The notes under the pieces: generated by a model
Told to the model about the DNA's origin: nothing
The model's database searches: none
The model's input: only the letters and a program-made list of their open reading frames with translations
Shown here: one piece after another, positions 1 to 10,559 of the stretch
Layout of the letters: each line of letters starts with the position of its first letter
How positions within the stretch are numbered: the first letter of the stretch is position 1
Source of the DNA: Syntrophorhabdaceae bacterium
GTDB lineage: Bacteria > Desulfobacterota > Syntrophorhabdia > Syntrophorhabdales > Syntrophorhabdaceae
Reading direction: 5' to 3'
Assembly (NCBI GenBank): GCA_963665295.1
Contig: OY762209.1
Coordinates: 1,792,001 to 1,856,000 of the forward strand
DNA length: 64,000 nt
Translations under genes and position numbers: made by a program

Positions 1-354
1 TCTTTCTCTCGTCCTCTACGACTAATACCCGCACAATAACATCGATCTCCTGTCCACAGGGCAGTATTACATAATACCGGGCCAAGACGCAATAGCCGCG
101 GCGCGGGGTCAACCCCCGGGTTTGCCCGCAAAGATTGCCCACGGCGACCATGCCGCGAACAATCACGAATACTTCCTTATGCCGGCCCTCCTCCGGGGCC
201 TCCCGGATCATTACAATAATGTAATCCTCTTGTCATTATAGTGAAACCCCCGGTCATGTAGAATGTCATCATCAGGTTTTCAAGGGCAGGAAAGAGACGG
301 ACAGGAGCGATTATACGACCATGAACCCGTTGGCGCGCAAAAGGAAGGCAACCC

Positions 355-1089
355 ATGTCTAAGATTATATCGGAGAGCATGTCAGGGGGCCTGAGGGCTC
401 AGATGACGAGGATGGATGTTCTGACAAACAACCTTGCAAACGCCCTGACTCCGGGATACAAGGCGATGAGACCTGTGTTCCATGAGGTTCTGGCCGAAAA
501 AACATCCGATGCAAAAGACGCGGAGGACCTGCCCGACTCTTCCACGGTGTCCACCTCCACCGATTATTCTCAGGCCCCCCTGGCGAATACGGGTGAAATG
601 CTGAATCTGGCTATTGAAGGCCCGGGATTTTTTGTCATATCAGCGCCCGGGGGCCCCAGGTACACAAGGAACGGTCAATTTGCCCTCGACAAAGACAAGG
701 GGCTCGTTACGAACAGCGGCTATCCCGTGTCGGGTGAAGCCGCCGGAAAGATATTCATCAACGGTCGTATGGTGCGAATCGACACGGATGGCTCGGTCTT
801 TGTCGACGGGATTCGGGTCAATAGAATAAAGGTGGTGGATTTCACGGACAGGGAATCCCTGCAAAGGACAGGTGCGGGTCTTTTCACAAATATTCGTGAG
901 GAAAACCCCGAAATAACGCCCAAGGGCTACTCGGTCAGGCAGGGATTCATCGAGATGTCGAACGTGAGCGTCACCCGGGAGATGATCGACCTTATCAATT
1001 GTACCCGCGCCTATGAAGCATACAAAAAGGCAACCAGATCCGTGGAAGATGCCGAAGACAGGCTGTTCACCATAAGTCGAACGAAATAA
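355..1089 (+). CDS. flgF: Flagellar basal-body rod protein (FlgF/FlgG family)
   Basis: N-terminal DVLTNNLANALTPGYK, central LAIEGPGFF...YTRNGQF and C-terminal QGFIEMSNV...EMI rod/hook motifs. Confidence 0.85.
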   Translation: MSKIISESMSGGLRAQMTRMDVLTNNLANALTPGYKAMRPVFHEVLAEKTSDAKDAEDLPDSSTVSTSTDYSQAPLANTGEMLNLAIEGPGFFVISAPGGPRYTRNGQFALDKDKGLVTNSGYPVSGEAAGKIFINGRMVRIDTDGSVFVDGIRVNRIKVVDFTDRESLQRTGAGLFTNIREENPEITPKGYSVRQGFIEMSNVSVTREMIDLINCTRAYEAYKKATRSVEDAEDRLFTISRTK

Positions 1090-1149
1090 TTGTCGATCAA
1101 ATCAGGAAACGGGGACTGCGGCCCTGTCGATTGACGCCGCCCGGGAACG

Positions 1150-2253
1150 TCATGCCTGCCGTCTTCTCAGGCCCCGCTCCACGGTTACTATGAAGTCCTG
1201 GACGTTGGTGAGGATGGAGCGGGCGGTGAGGGTGCCCCGGTTGGCAAGCTTGGCGGCGGCGAATTCGGACATGTCAACAGAATAGAAATAGACGGGCCGC
1301 ACCTGGCCCGCGGCCGTGACCCGGTAGGAAGGCGTCATGTTTCCCGTGGCAATGGCGTGGAGTTCCGTGGCGAGGGTGATTACGGTGGTAGCAGACCTCA
1401 CAAGGGCGCGCATGCCGTCCTGGGCCTCGTATGCGTTGGCGATTACCTCCGGCAGGGGGCCGTCGTCGCGGATGGACCCCGCGAGCACGTAGGGCACGCC
1501 CTTTCGTATCAGCTCCTCCATGACCCCGTCCTTTATGAGCCCCTTCTTCATGGCGGCAGCGATGGAGCCCATGCCCCTTACCGTGTTGATGGCGTCAAGG
1601 TGTTTGTAATGACTCAGCTCCACGGTCTGTTTCGAGTATATCTCCTGCCCCAGGGCGGTTCCGAAGAGGGCCGCTTCCACATCGTGGGTGGCGAGGGCGT
1701 TTCCCGCAAGGACCCCGTGGACATAGCCGTTGTCGATGAGGGCCCGGAAGGCGTCCCGGGCGTCCCTGTCGAATACGGTGGCCGGACCGAGCACCCAGAG
1801 GATGAAGCCATGGCCGCGTTCATATTCCAGGAGGCTGTAAAGCTCGTCGTAATCAATGGAAAAGGACGTTTCACGGGTGATGCGCGTGCGGAAGGCGAAC
1901 TTTTCCGTCCCTTGCCGGGGGTGATCAAAGGCCCCTGTGTGGACGAGGATGCCTTCTTCGCCGTTTTCCTTTCTCCCGAGGGCTACCATGTCGCCTGCCC
2001 CGACATGACGGAACTCCCGGACTGTGAGAGAGCCGTCCCTGTCCCGCACCACGACGCAGTCCATGCGCGATTCTTCGAGTATCTTCCATCCCCGTTCCTT
2101 AAGGTTCAGGTATTCGGGGAAGATGGACGTGGCATGGTAGTATTCCGGGGCCACGCCCGTCTTTTCCGCCCTTTCGAAGACCACCGGGGGTGCATCCCGG
2201 AGAGAGGGGCTCGTAAAGTCGGGGGCGTGGTAAGGGGGCAGAGTAAAGGCCAT
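1150..2253 (-). CDS. Ornithine cyclodeaminase-like protein (TIGR00300 / ArgZ C-terminal-like family)
   Basis: Motifs VLGPA, LAGNALATHDVE, GSIRDDGPLP, HAIATGN; start reassigned to ATG 2253 behind RBS AAGGAG. Confidence 0.75.
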   Translation of the reverse strand: MAFTLPPYHAPDFTSPSLRDAPPVVFERAEKTGVAPEYYHATSIFPEYLNLKERGWKILEESRMDCVVVRDRDGSLTVREFRHVGAGDMVALGRKENGEEGILVHTGAFDHPRQGTEKFAFRTRITRETSFSIDYDELYSLLEYERGHGFILWVLGPATVFDRDARDAFRALIDNGYVHGVLAGNALATHDVEAALFGTALGQEIYSKQTVELSHYKHLDAINTVRGMGSIAAAMKKGLIKDGVMEELIRKGVPYVLAGSIRDDGPLPEVIANAYEAQDGMRALVRSATTVITLATELHAIATGNMTPSYRVTAAGQVRPVYFYSVDMSEFAAAKLANRGTLTARSILTNVQDFIVTVERGLRRRQA

Positions 2254-2267
2254 GGGCGACGCTCCTT

Positions 2268-3599
2268 TTATCCCAGGGATTGCCGGACCACCTCTTCGAA
2301 GATGGTGAGGCATGTATCGATTTCCTCCGCGCTTACCGTGAGGGCAGGGCAGAAACGGAGGGTATTCTCTCCGCACCCGAGAAGGAGGAGGCCTTTCCTG
2401 AACGCATTCTGGACGATGGCGTTTCTCAGTTCCCCAGCCCGCTCCCTGGTGTCGCGGTTTTTTACCAGTTCTACGCCCACCATGAGGCCCAGACCGCGCA
2501 CATCGCCCATGCATTCATAGGACTTCTGAAGACTTTTGAGGCCTTCCATGAGGCGCGCGCCCTCGATTGCCGCGTTTTCCATAAGCTCTTCTTCGAGGAG
2601 GCTGATCGTGGCAAGGGCAGCCTCGCACGAGACAGGGTTGCCGCCGAAGGTGGAGGCGTGGGAACCCGCTTCCCAATCCATGATCTCCGCCCGGGCGATC
2701 ATGGCCCCGAGGGGCAGGCCCGAGGCGATGCCCTTGGCAAGGGCTACGATGTCGGGGACCACGCCGAAGTGTTCCACAGCGAGCATCCTGCCTGTCCGTC
2801 CCATGCCCGACTGGACCTCGTCGGCCACGAAAAGGATGCCGTTCTTCTGTGCCACCCGATAAAGTTCCTTCAAAAATTCAGAGGGCGGCACGATGTAGCC
2901 CCCTTCGCCCTGGATGGGCTCCACAAAGATGGCGGCCACCTCCTCGGCGGGCATTACGGTCCTGAACAGGGTGTCTTCAATCCAGCGGACGCACTCCAGG
3001 CCGCAGTCCGGATAACAAAGCCCATAGGCGCAGCGGTAGCAGTATGCGTAGGGTACGTGGGTGATGCCGGGCACCAGGGGGTTGTAATGTTTTTTTTGGA
3101 TCGACTTGCTCGCCGTGAGCGAGAGGGCGCCCATGGTTCGTCCGTGGAATGCGCCGAAGAAGGCGATATTCAGTTCGCGCCGCGTATGCCAGCGGGCGAG
3201 TTTGAAGGCAGCCTCCACGGCCTCCGCCCCCGAGTTTCCGAAGAAGGTCTTTTTGTCCCCCGCCCCCGGGACGATGGAAGAGAGCTTTTCGGCGAGGACG
3301 ATCTGGGGGGTGTAATAGAAGTCCGTCCCCGACATATGGAGAAGGCGCTCGGCCTGTGCCTTGATGGCGGCCACCACTCGCGGGTGGCAATGGCCCGTGG
3401 CGGTGACGGCGATGCCCGCGGTGAAATCGAGGAACAGATTGCCGTCTGCGTCCTCGACCCAGAGCCCCGAAGCCTTTTCAACGACCAGGGGATAGGCCCT
3501 TGTATAGGATGGCGAAACATACCTTGCGTCGGTTTGGATTCTCCGGGACGCCTCGGGGCCCGGAAGGGTCGTCTTTATGATGGGGTATTTCATTTTCAC
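2268..3599 (-). CDS. Class III PLP aminotransferase (ornithine/4-aminobutyrate-type)
   Basis: DFTAGIA, NSGAEAVE, FHGRT, EPIQGEGG, DEVQSGMGRTG, LAKGIASG, STFGGNP. Confidence 0.9.
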   Translation of the reverse strand: MKMKYPIIKTTLPGPEASRRIQTDARYVSPSYTRAYPLVVEKASGLWVEDADGNLFLDFTAGIAVTATGHCHPRVVAAIKAQAERLLHMSGTDFYYTPQIVLAEKLSSIVPGAGDKKTFFGNSGAEAVEAAFKLARWHTRRELNIAFFGAFHGRTMGALSLTASKSIQKKHYNPLVPGITHVPYAYCYRCAYGLCYPDCGLECVRWIEDTLFRTVMPAEEVAAIFVEPIQGEGGYIVPPSEFLKELYRVAQKNGILFVADEVQSGMGRTGRMLAVEHFGVVPDIVALAKGIASGLPLGAMIARAEIMDWEAGSHASTFGGNPVSCEAALATISLLEEELMENAAIEGARLMEGLKSLQKSYECMGDVRGLGLMVGVELVKNRDTRERAGELRNAIVQNAFRKGLLLLGCGENTLRFCPALTVSAEEIDTCLTIFEEVVRQSLG

Positions 3600-3842
3600 C
3601 TCTCCAAAATGCCTGACCGGGGATGTGGGACGCCGCGGGTTTGCCCTCTGTCGCTCACACCGGTCGGGGCGGTTCCGCGCCCTTTCTTATAAGTTATAGC
3701 ACGGGGCATGAATGTTAAACGTGTTTTGCCGTAAAAAGAGGTCGAAAAAGCGCGTCCGGAGATATACAATAGAATGAAGGGCAAAGGGCGGGAACCGTGC
3801 CGACCGGAGCGCCTTGCACGACTCTCTGAGGTGAAGGGTGAT

Positions 3843-5183
3843 ATGGCGGAGAAGGTAATTATCATGGGGGCGGCGGGCAGGGATTTTCATAACTTCAATA
3901 TCTACTTCAGGGATAACCCCCGTTACCGGGTCATAGCGTTTACCGCCGCCCAGATCCCCACCATCGCAGGGAGGACTTACCCGCCCGAGCTTTCAGGGGG
4001 GCTTTACCCTGCGGGCATCCCGATCTATCCCGAGAGCGAGCTTACCCGGCTCATCCGGCTTTACCGGGTGGATCTGGTGGCCTTTTCCTACAGCGACCTT
4101 CCCCACGTGGAGGTCATGCACAAGGCTTCCCTCGTAATGGCGGAGGGGGCGGATTTCATTCTTATCGGGGCCACGTATACCATGCTCCGGTCGAAAAGGA
4201 AGGTCGTGGCCGTGTCCGCGGTCCGCACGGGTGCGGGAAAATCGCAGACAACCCGGAAGGTCTGCGAGATCATGGGGGACCTCGGAAAGAGGGTTGTGGC
4301 GGTCCGTCACCCCATGCCCTACGGGGACCTGAAAACCCAGGTGGTTCAGCGCTTCGCGCGGTATGAGGATTTTGATCTTCACCATTGCACCCTGGAGGAA
4401 AGGGAAGAATACGAACCCCTCGTGGACCGGGGGATCGTGGTCTACGCGGGGGTCGATTACCGCATGATCCTTGAAGCAGCGGAAAAGGAAGCCGATGTAA
4501 TCGTCTGGGACGGGGGAAACAACGACACGCCCTTTTACTTCCCCGACATCCACATCGTACTCTTCGACCCGCACCGGCCGGGCCACGAACTGCTCTACTA
4601 CCCGGGAGAGACCAACATGCTCATGGCGGACATCGCGGTAATCAACAAGGTGGATACGGCCCTTCCTGAAAACGTCGCCAAGGTCCGGGCCAATATCGAA
4701 GAATATGCCCCGTCGGCCTCGATCGTCTTGGCCGAGTCTCCCATTATCGTCAGCCGTCCCGACCTTATCCGCGGGCAACGGGTGCTCGTGGTGGAGGACG
4801 GACCCACCCTCACCCACGGAGGGATGTCCGTGGGGGCCGGCTACATCGCGGCGACCCAGTTCGGGGCGCGGGAAGTCGTGGACCCCCGGCCCTACGCAGC
4901 GGGAACGATCAGAGAGGTTTACACGAAGTACCCCCACATAGGACCCCTGCTCCCTGCCATGGGCTACAGCGCCGGGCAGATTTTCGATCTCGAGGAGACC
5001 ATCAACCGGACGGAGTGCGACCTCGTTCTCTTCGCCACCCCCATTCAGCTTACCCGGGTGCTGAGCATAAACAAGCCGACCCTTCGCGTGCGCTATGAGT
5101 ACAGGGACCGCGGGGAACCGCGCCTTGAAGACTGCCTCCTGTCCCGCCTCGGAGCCCTCCCGGAATCCCGGACGGACGGGTGA
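3843..5183 (+). CDS. arcE: Arginine synthetase ArcE-like / cyclic 2,3-diphosphoglycerate synthetase family P-loop protein
   Basis: VIIMGAAGRDFHNFN N-terminus, RTGAGKS P-loop, RHPMPYG, EEREEYEP, WDGGNND, EDGPTLTHG; ATG 3843. Confidence 0.75.
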   Translation: MAEKVIIMGAAGRDFHNFNIYFRDNPRYRVIAFTAAQIPTIAGRTYPPELSGGLYPAGIPIYPESELTRLIRLYRVDLVAFSYSDLPHVEVMHKASLVMAEGADFILIGATYTMLRSKRKVVAVSAVRTGAGKSQTTRKVCEIMGDLGKRVVAVRHPMPYGDLKTQVVQRFARYEDFDLHHCTLEEREEYEPLVDRGIVVYAGVDYRMILEAAEKEADVIVWDGGNNDTPFYFPDIHIVLFDPHRPGHELLYYPGETNMLMADIAVINKVDTALPENVAKVRANIEEYAPSASIVLAESPIIVSRPDLIRGQRVLVVEDGPTLTHGGMSVGAGYIAATQFGAREVVDPRPYAAGTIREVYTKYPHIGPLLPAMGYSAGQIFDLEETINRTECDLVLFATPIQLTRVLSINKPTLRVRYEYRDRGEPRLEDCLLSRLGALPESRTDG

Positions 5184-5187
5184 GGTC

Positions 5188-6168
5188 CTAAACCTCGATC
5201 ACGAGGCCGTCGTAGGCAAGGTCTATCACGAGAGACGATGATTCCTCGTAGATCCTGAGGTACCTCCGTGTATCGTCCAGGAACTTGTCAAGGGTCTCGT
5301 CATCGAAGGTAGGCTCGTTGTGAAAGATGCAAAGCCGTTTCACCTTCGCTTCCACGCTGAACTCCACGGCCATGATATTGCTGGAATGGCCCCAGTTTTC
5401 CTTGGAGGAGATGGCGTCCAGCAAGGGATACTGGGCCTCGAATATGAGGAGGTCCGCGTCCTTGAAGAAGGGGAAAAAGGATCGGTCGTCCCGGCCCAGT
5501 TCGCCCTTGTGCTCGGAATCGGTGGAATAGACGATTGCCTTGCCGTCCTTCTCGAACCGGTAACCCCAGGACGTGCCCGGGTGGCTCTGCCTTTTCGCTC
5601 TTACCCGGAAACCCGCGATATCATATTCCCTTTCCGCTTCGAGGACGGTGAAGGTAATGCGGGCGTTCATGGCGCTTAAAGGCACGGGGAAGAAAGGATA
5701 CTCCTGCTGGCTTACGAAGGCCCTTTCCAGTTCTTCATGAAGGCCGAAGATATTGATCCTGTTCCCCTCCTGGTATGCAGGGACAAAAAACGGAAACCCC
5801 TGGATGTGGTCCCAGTGGAGGTGGGACATGAAGATATTGTAGACGGACGTGTTGCTTTTCGGGTCCCCGGGCCCCCGGGAGAGAAGGTGGTTGCCGAGGT
5901 CCCTTATCCCTGTCCCCGCATCGCAGATGACATATTCATTCCCGCCTTCCACTTCGATGCAGGATGTGTTGACGCCATAGGTCCCCACGGCTGAAAAGGG
6001 GATATCCCCGCGGGCGAGGGCTTCGTTCAGAAATGTCTCTATGCCTTCATCGTCGGAGAATATGAGACCCTTTGAAGCGCCCAAGGCTCTGATGATCTTT
6101 TTTCTTATGGCCTCTGATGAAATGGAAGCAGGCAGAGATCCCCTCGTGCCCCAGAAACGGACTTTCAT
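5188..6168 (-). CDS. MBL-fold metallo-hydrolase (candidate cyclic-nucleotide phosphodiesterase)
   Basis: MKVRFWGTRGS start with RBS GGGAGG, DAGTG, SHLHWDHIQG, WGHS; divergent from an adenylate cyclase. Confidence 0.85.
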   Translation of the reverse strand: MKVRFWGTRGSLPASISSEAIRKKIIRALGASKGLIFSDDEGIETFLNEALARGDIPFSAVGTYGVNTSCIEVEGGNEYVICDAGTGIRDLGNHLLSRGPGDPKSNTSVYNIFMSHLHWDHIQGFPFFVPAYQEGNRINIFGLHEELERAFVSQQEYPFFPVPLSAMNARITFTVLEAEREYDIAGFRVRAKRQSHPGTSWGYRFEKDGKAIVYSTDSEHKGELGRDDRSFFPFFKDADLLIFEAQYPLLDAISSKENWGHSSNIMAVEFSVEAKVKRLCIFHNEPTFDDETLDKFLDDTRRYLRIYEESSSLVIDLAYDGLVIEV

Positions 6169-6375
6169 TACAAACCTCCCGGCAAAATAGGATACTCTCC
6201 CGCATTTCTTCTTTAATACTATCATACCCCGCTATCCAGTGAAATAATGAACCGCTCAGCTACGGTTAATTTTCGTCAATCTTCTTGTATTCTCTTTTTG
6301 AGCCGTGATACTCTTCCTCATGGATGAGCCGATTCCGGTCAAGGATTGCATCTTCGTGAAAAGGCGGCGGCAGGG

Positions 6376-8334
6376 GTGAAAAGGACCCTTGTACCGGTCA
6401 TTTTCGGCATTACCATCACCCTTATCTTTGCCTTTCTGGCGGCGACCAGGTTCCTTCCCTTTCAACGGCTTGAATTTCTCCTTTACGACATGGCATATCA
6501 GGTCCGGGGCAAGGCGGCCCCTCCCGGCGAAGTCATTATCCTTGGGGTTGACGACAGGGATATCGAAAAGATGGGAAGGTGGCCATGGGGCAGGGACACC
6601 CTCGCATCGGTAATACGCGCGGTGGCGGCCATGGGACCCAGGGTCATCGTATCGGACATCATACTGAGCGAACCGTCCCGGGGCGATGACGCCGTAGCGG
6701 ATGCCATTAAAGAAACGGGGAACCTTGTCCTCCCCATCGTCTTCCGGTTTAAAGGCGAGAAGAGGCGGGTGGAGGACGACACGTTCCTCAATAATGCCTT
6801 TACCACGGTGAGAAACCCGGACAGGCTCAAACTCTTTACCCCCATAACCGCAGGCAACGTGCTCCTTCCCCTGGAGAAATTATCGTCGGGTGCGAGCGCT
6901 CTCGGCCACATAAACATGTTTCCTGATAAAGACGGGGTCTTGAGGTGGGAGGTCATGGCAGTGGAGTATGACGGTGAAATCTACCCGTCCATAGACCTCC
7001 AGGCCGCAAGGCTCTTTCTCGGCCTTCCCCCCCAGGCGATGAAGCTTCTCGCCACGGAAGGCATAGATCTCGGTGGAAAGACCATACCCACGGACCCGTG
7101 GGGCAGGTCGTTGATACGCTACTACGGGCCGGAGAGGACCTTCCCTTACATTACCGTATCGGACATCATGGAAGGGAAGGTGAAGCCGGGGGCCGTCAAA
7201 GACAAAATAGTCATTCTCGGGGTGACCGCCGTGGGCGTATACGACCTGAGGGTGACACCTGCGTCCCCCGCCATGCCCGGTGTCGAAAAACACGCCAACG
7301 TGATAGCCTCGATTCTCCACAATAATTTTGCCGTCAAGGCGGACAACCTCATAAACCTCCTGGTGGTCCTCATATCCGGCGTTGCCTTCTCTCTCTTTAT
7401 CGCGAGACTCAGGGCCCTGCCGGGGGCGCTCCTGTCGCTCGCCTTCCTCGCCGTGCTGTTCCTCACAAGTTATTTCCTCTTTTTCCAGAAAGGCGTATGG
7501 ATTGCGTTGAGCTTTCCCGGGAACAACATACTCGTAATCTACCTGGTAGTTACCGCGTACAGGTATGCCACGGAAGAACGGTTCGCGAAGAGGATCCGGA
7601 ATATGTTTTCAAGTTATGTCACGGAGAAGATAGTGAACGAGTTGATCAGGAACCCGGACCTTGCGAAGCTCGGCGGAGAGAGGAGGGAGATAACCGTCCT
7701 CTTTTCGGACATCAAGGACTTCACTACCTTTTGCGAGCAGAACGCCCCCGAGGAGGTGGTGACCCGCCTGAACGAGTACCTCGGCGAGATGACCCAGGTG
7801 GTGTTGTCCTGGGACGGAACAGTGGACAAGTTTGTGGGCGACATGATCGTGGCCTTCTGGGGTGCTCCCCTTCCGCAGGAAGACCACGCCGTCCTTGCGG
7901 TGAAGTGCGCCCTCAACATGGTGAAAAGGCTGGGGGAACTTCAGGAAAAGTGGGCGAGGGAAGGCGAGGCGGTCCTCGACGCGGGCATCGGCCTCAACAC
8001 GGGCGACATGATCGTGGGGAACATCGGCGCGGAAGGAAAGAAGATGGAGTACACGGTGATAGGCGACAACGTAAACCTGGGATCGAGGGTGGAAGGGCTG
8101 ACGCGCAAGTATAACGCCCGCATCATCATCACGGAGTCTACCCTTGACCACATAAGACCGGCCCTGGAAGCAGGGAGGATATGGGGGCTCAAGGTGAAGG
8201 GCCTCGAAGAAGTCGTGGTGAAGGGGAGAACCAGGCCCGCAGCAGTGTACGAACTTGTGAGCCTGAAAAAAGGCGAAGAGTCGGTCATCATAGAATGTGA
8301 AAAGCGCGATGCCGTCTACTTGACGGAGAAGTGA
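6376..8334 (+). CDS. CHASE2-domain class III adenylate/guanylate cyclase
   Basis: GRWPWGR and MPGVEKHA (CHASE2), 3 TM helices, LFSDIKDFT, DKFVGD, YTVIGDNVNLGSRVE. Confidence 0.92.
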   Translation: MKRTLVPVIFGITITLIFAFLAATRFLPFQRLEFLLYDMAYQVRGKAAPPGEVIILGVDDRDIEKMGRWPWGRDTLASVIRAVAAMGPRVIVSDIILSEPSRGDDAVADAIKETGNLVLPIVFRFKGEKRRVEDDTFLNNAFTTVRNPDRLKLFTPITAGNVLLPLEKLSSGASALGHINMFPDKDGVLRWEVMAVEYDGEIYPSIDLQAARLFLGLPPQAMKLLATEGIDLGGKTIPTDPWGRSLIRYYGPERTFPYITVSDIMEGKVKPGAVKDKIVILGVTAVGVYDLRVTPASPAMPGVEKHANVIASILHNNFAVKADNLINLLVVLISGVAFSLFIARLRALPGALLSLAFLAVLFLTSYFLFFQKGVWIALSFPGNNILVIYLVVTAYRYATEERFAKRIRNMFSSYVTEKIVNELIRNPDLAKLGGERREITVLFSDIKDFTTFCEQNAPEEVVTRLNEYLGEMTQVVLSWDGTVDKFVGDMIVAFWGAPLPQEDHAVLAVKCALNMVKRLGELQEKWAREGEAVLDAGIGLNTGDMIVGNIGAEGKKMEYTVIGDNVNLGSRVEGLTRKYNARIIITESTLDHIRPALEAGRIWGLKVKGLEEVVVKGRTRPAAVYELVSLKKGEESVIIECEKRDAVYLTEK

Positions 8335-8379
8335 CGGCAGGAGCGGGAAAGGACCTGGAAGCGTCGGATAATGCCTTAC

Positions 8380-8413
8380 CGGGGGGGCGATGGAGACCCA
8401 TCCGCCCCCCCCG
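8380..8413. terminator. GC-rich hairpin between convergent genes
   Basis: CGGGGGGGCG...CGCCCCCCCCG stem between the cyclase and FecR stop codons. Confidence 0.45.
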
Positions 8414-8462
8414 TTGTTGAAACCCCGAACCGCAAGGCCGGGGTTGATAGACTTGTTCCCGA

Positions 8463-9302
8463 CTAGCGTGGCATGGGCTGGCTGTGGCCATGGGTGGCCG
8501 CCACTCCGCTGCCGCCGCCTCCACCGCCGGTAGCCGCTGCCGTGCCCGCGATCACTGCCGCCGCACCTGCAACAACGCCTGCGATCGTTCCCGCCGATAT
8601 CCCGGCGGCTGCCGCGTGGCCCGCCAATCCTCCTGCCGTGCCGGCTCCCGCGGGAGCCGGCACGCCGAGGTTGATGAGGATACCGATTATGGCCATCATG
8701 CTGAAGGCTGCGGGGATTGTGGGCGGACGCCCCTTGACGACCTCACTGTACTGACCCGCGTTCACCGTAACGTCCTGGGCGGGGAATTCCGGATTGGAGA
8801 CAGTTATCGATTTGTCGAGGGTGTAGAAAACCGACTTGGAGGGCGCCCCTTCGCTGGGCTCCTCAAGCACGGTCAGCCATTCCGTCCCTCTCGCGCCTGC
8901 CACGGCGTCCGGGGTCCGCACCTGAATCTTCGCCTCGGGAGTGAGCATCTTCAGTATCTTGGTGTGCACCGCGCCCGAGGTGACGGACAGTACACTGCTT
9001 TCTTTGCCGTCCTTCAGAAGAAAAGCGGTTATTTCGAGGCTTGACCGGGACGCGACGCTGCACTGGACATTATTGGCGAGCAACAATTTCGCCCTCGATT
9101 TTTCTTTTGTGGTGATAAGGTCTTTGACAAACACGGGGTCGTCGACGGCCGGCGTAAGGCTTCCGGAAGCCCGTTTCAGGGAGACCGTTCCCTTCACGTC
9201 GATAAATTTGCCCACCCCTTCCGCAAAAAGAGGAAAGGGAAGAAAAAGTTGAAATACGAGTAACCATAGGATCATTTTGCTGAGCGGGCCTGATAGGTTC
9301 AT
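8463..9302 (-). CDS. Exported FecR-domain protein with Gly/Ala-rich hydrophobic tail
   Basis: Signal peptide (PLFA|EG), VRTPDAVAGARGT FecR motif. Confidence 0.8.
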   Translation of the reverse strand: MNLSGPLSKMILWLLVFQLFLPFPLFAEGVGKFIDVKGTVSLKRASGSLTPAVDDPVFVKDLITTKEKSRAKLLLANNVQCSVASRSSLEITAFLLKDGKESSVLSVTSGAVHTKILKMLTPEAKIQVRTPDAVAGARGTEWLTVLEEPSEGAPSKSVFYTLDKSITVSNPEFPAQDVTVNAGQYSEVVKGRPPTIPAAFSMMAIIGILINLGVPAPAGAGTAGGLAGHAAAAGISAGTIAGVVAGAAAVIAGTAAATGGGGGGSGVAATHGHSQPMPR

Positions 9303-9461
9303 TACGTCTCTCCTCTCTTGATTGGGGCAAGGAAATTCCTCAACATACGCTTTACCGGCGTCGGTTTCGTCATTCCCATTTTGCTTTGAAATCCCCCATA
9401 GAGAAAATACCACAGGCCTCCACTTAAAATCCAGCGTAAAGGCAACCGGGCCGGCAGGTCA

Positions 9462-10435
9462 TCATTTCGATAACTGCAGGATTCTGTATGCGCCTCTTCC
9501 CACGAGCATGAAAATGATGGTTCCCACGATAAGGTCGGGCAGCTTGGATGTGGTCAGATATACGGCCACGCCCGCAACGATGACGCCCAGGTTGACGATG
9601 ACGTCGGTGGATGTGAAGATCACGCTCGCCTGCATATGGGCCTCCCGGCTCCTTGATTTCTGAAGCAGGTACAGGCAGATTGCGTTCCCGGCAAGGGCGA
9701 GAAAGGAGATAATGATCATGAGGTGAAAATCGGGTGTCTCTTCGTATCCCACAAAACGCCTGATTACCTCGGCAAGCCCCAAAACGGCCAATCCGAACTG
9801 GAAATAGCCCGCTACTCCGGCGACACGTTTTTTCCGGGAGATGGTCCCACCCACGGCGAAGAGGGAGAGGGCATACACGATGCTGTCCGCCAGCATGTCG
9901 AGGCTGTCGGCGACGAGCCCCATGGAGCCCGCAATGAAGCCGGTGAGCATTTCCAGGGCGAAAAAGAAGAAGTTGATACCGAGAACCTGCCACAATACCC
10001 GTCGTTCCTCCCGGTGGGTGCTGACCACGTCCACCGCGTCCGTCGGCTCCGAGGAGAGAAGCTTCGTGTCCAGGTGGAGGCTATCCAGGGCCGCGAGGAG
10101 GTTGTGGTAGTCTTCCGTATGGTGCACCACGAGGCTGCGTCCCGGTATGTCGAACAGGAGGGAGCGGACATTGCTCAACCCCTCCAGTTTCATCCGTATC
10201 ATGCGTTCCTCTGAAGGGCAATCCATCTTTGAGATACTGAACGTCGTCTTTGTCCGGCTTTCGTTTCCGTCGCCCGTCTCGCAAACCCGGTTGCCGCCCG
10301 GTTGTGGCGGCATTGCGGTCATTATCTGAACGAGTTGAGGCTGGGTGCTCTCCACGTCCACCGAGTCCTTCATCCGTATCATGCGCTCCTCTGAAGAGCA
10401 GTCCATCTTCGAGATGTGAACGTCGTCTTCGCCAT
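9462..10435 (-). CDS. Cation diffusion facilitator (CzcD-like) with N-terminal heavy-metal-binding domain; duplicated and frameshifted 5' end, true start uncertain
   Basis: KMDCPSEE HMA-like motif, GLVADSLDMLAD, TM helices; second degenerate KMDCSSEERMIRMK copy 180 bp upstream. Confidence 0.8.
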
Positions 10436-10559
10436 TTGTCTTCCCGGTACATATTGTAGCAGTGTGATGAAGGGTAAAGCAAGGGGCACAGTCGATGATC
10501 ACGGATGTTTCGGGCATGAAGGTCGGGATTGTGCTTGTGAGTCTTGCGTACACTTGGAC

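Noticed and set aside
330..347. sigma54 promoter for flgF (TTGGCGCG)
   Set aside because: No TTGC at the -12 position
3610..3670. c-di-GMP-I riboswitch or T-box upstream of the aminotransferase (GGGCAAACCC)
   Set aside because: The remaining consensus elements are absent; only a generic hairpin
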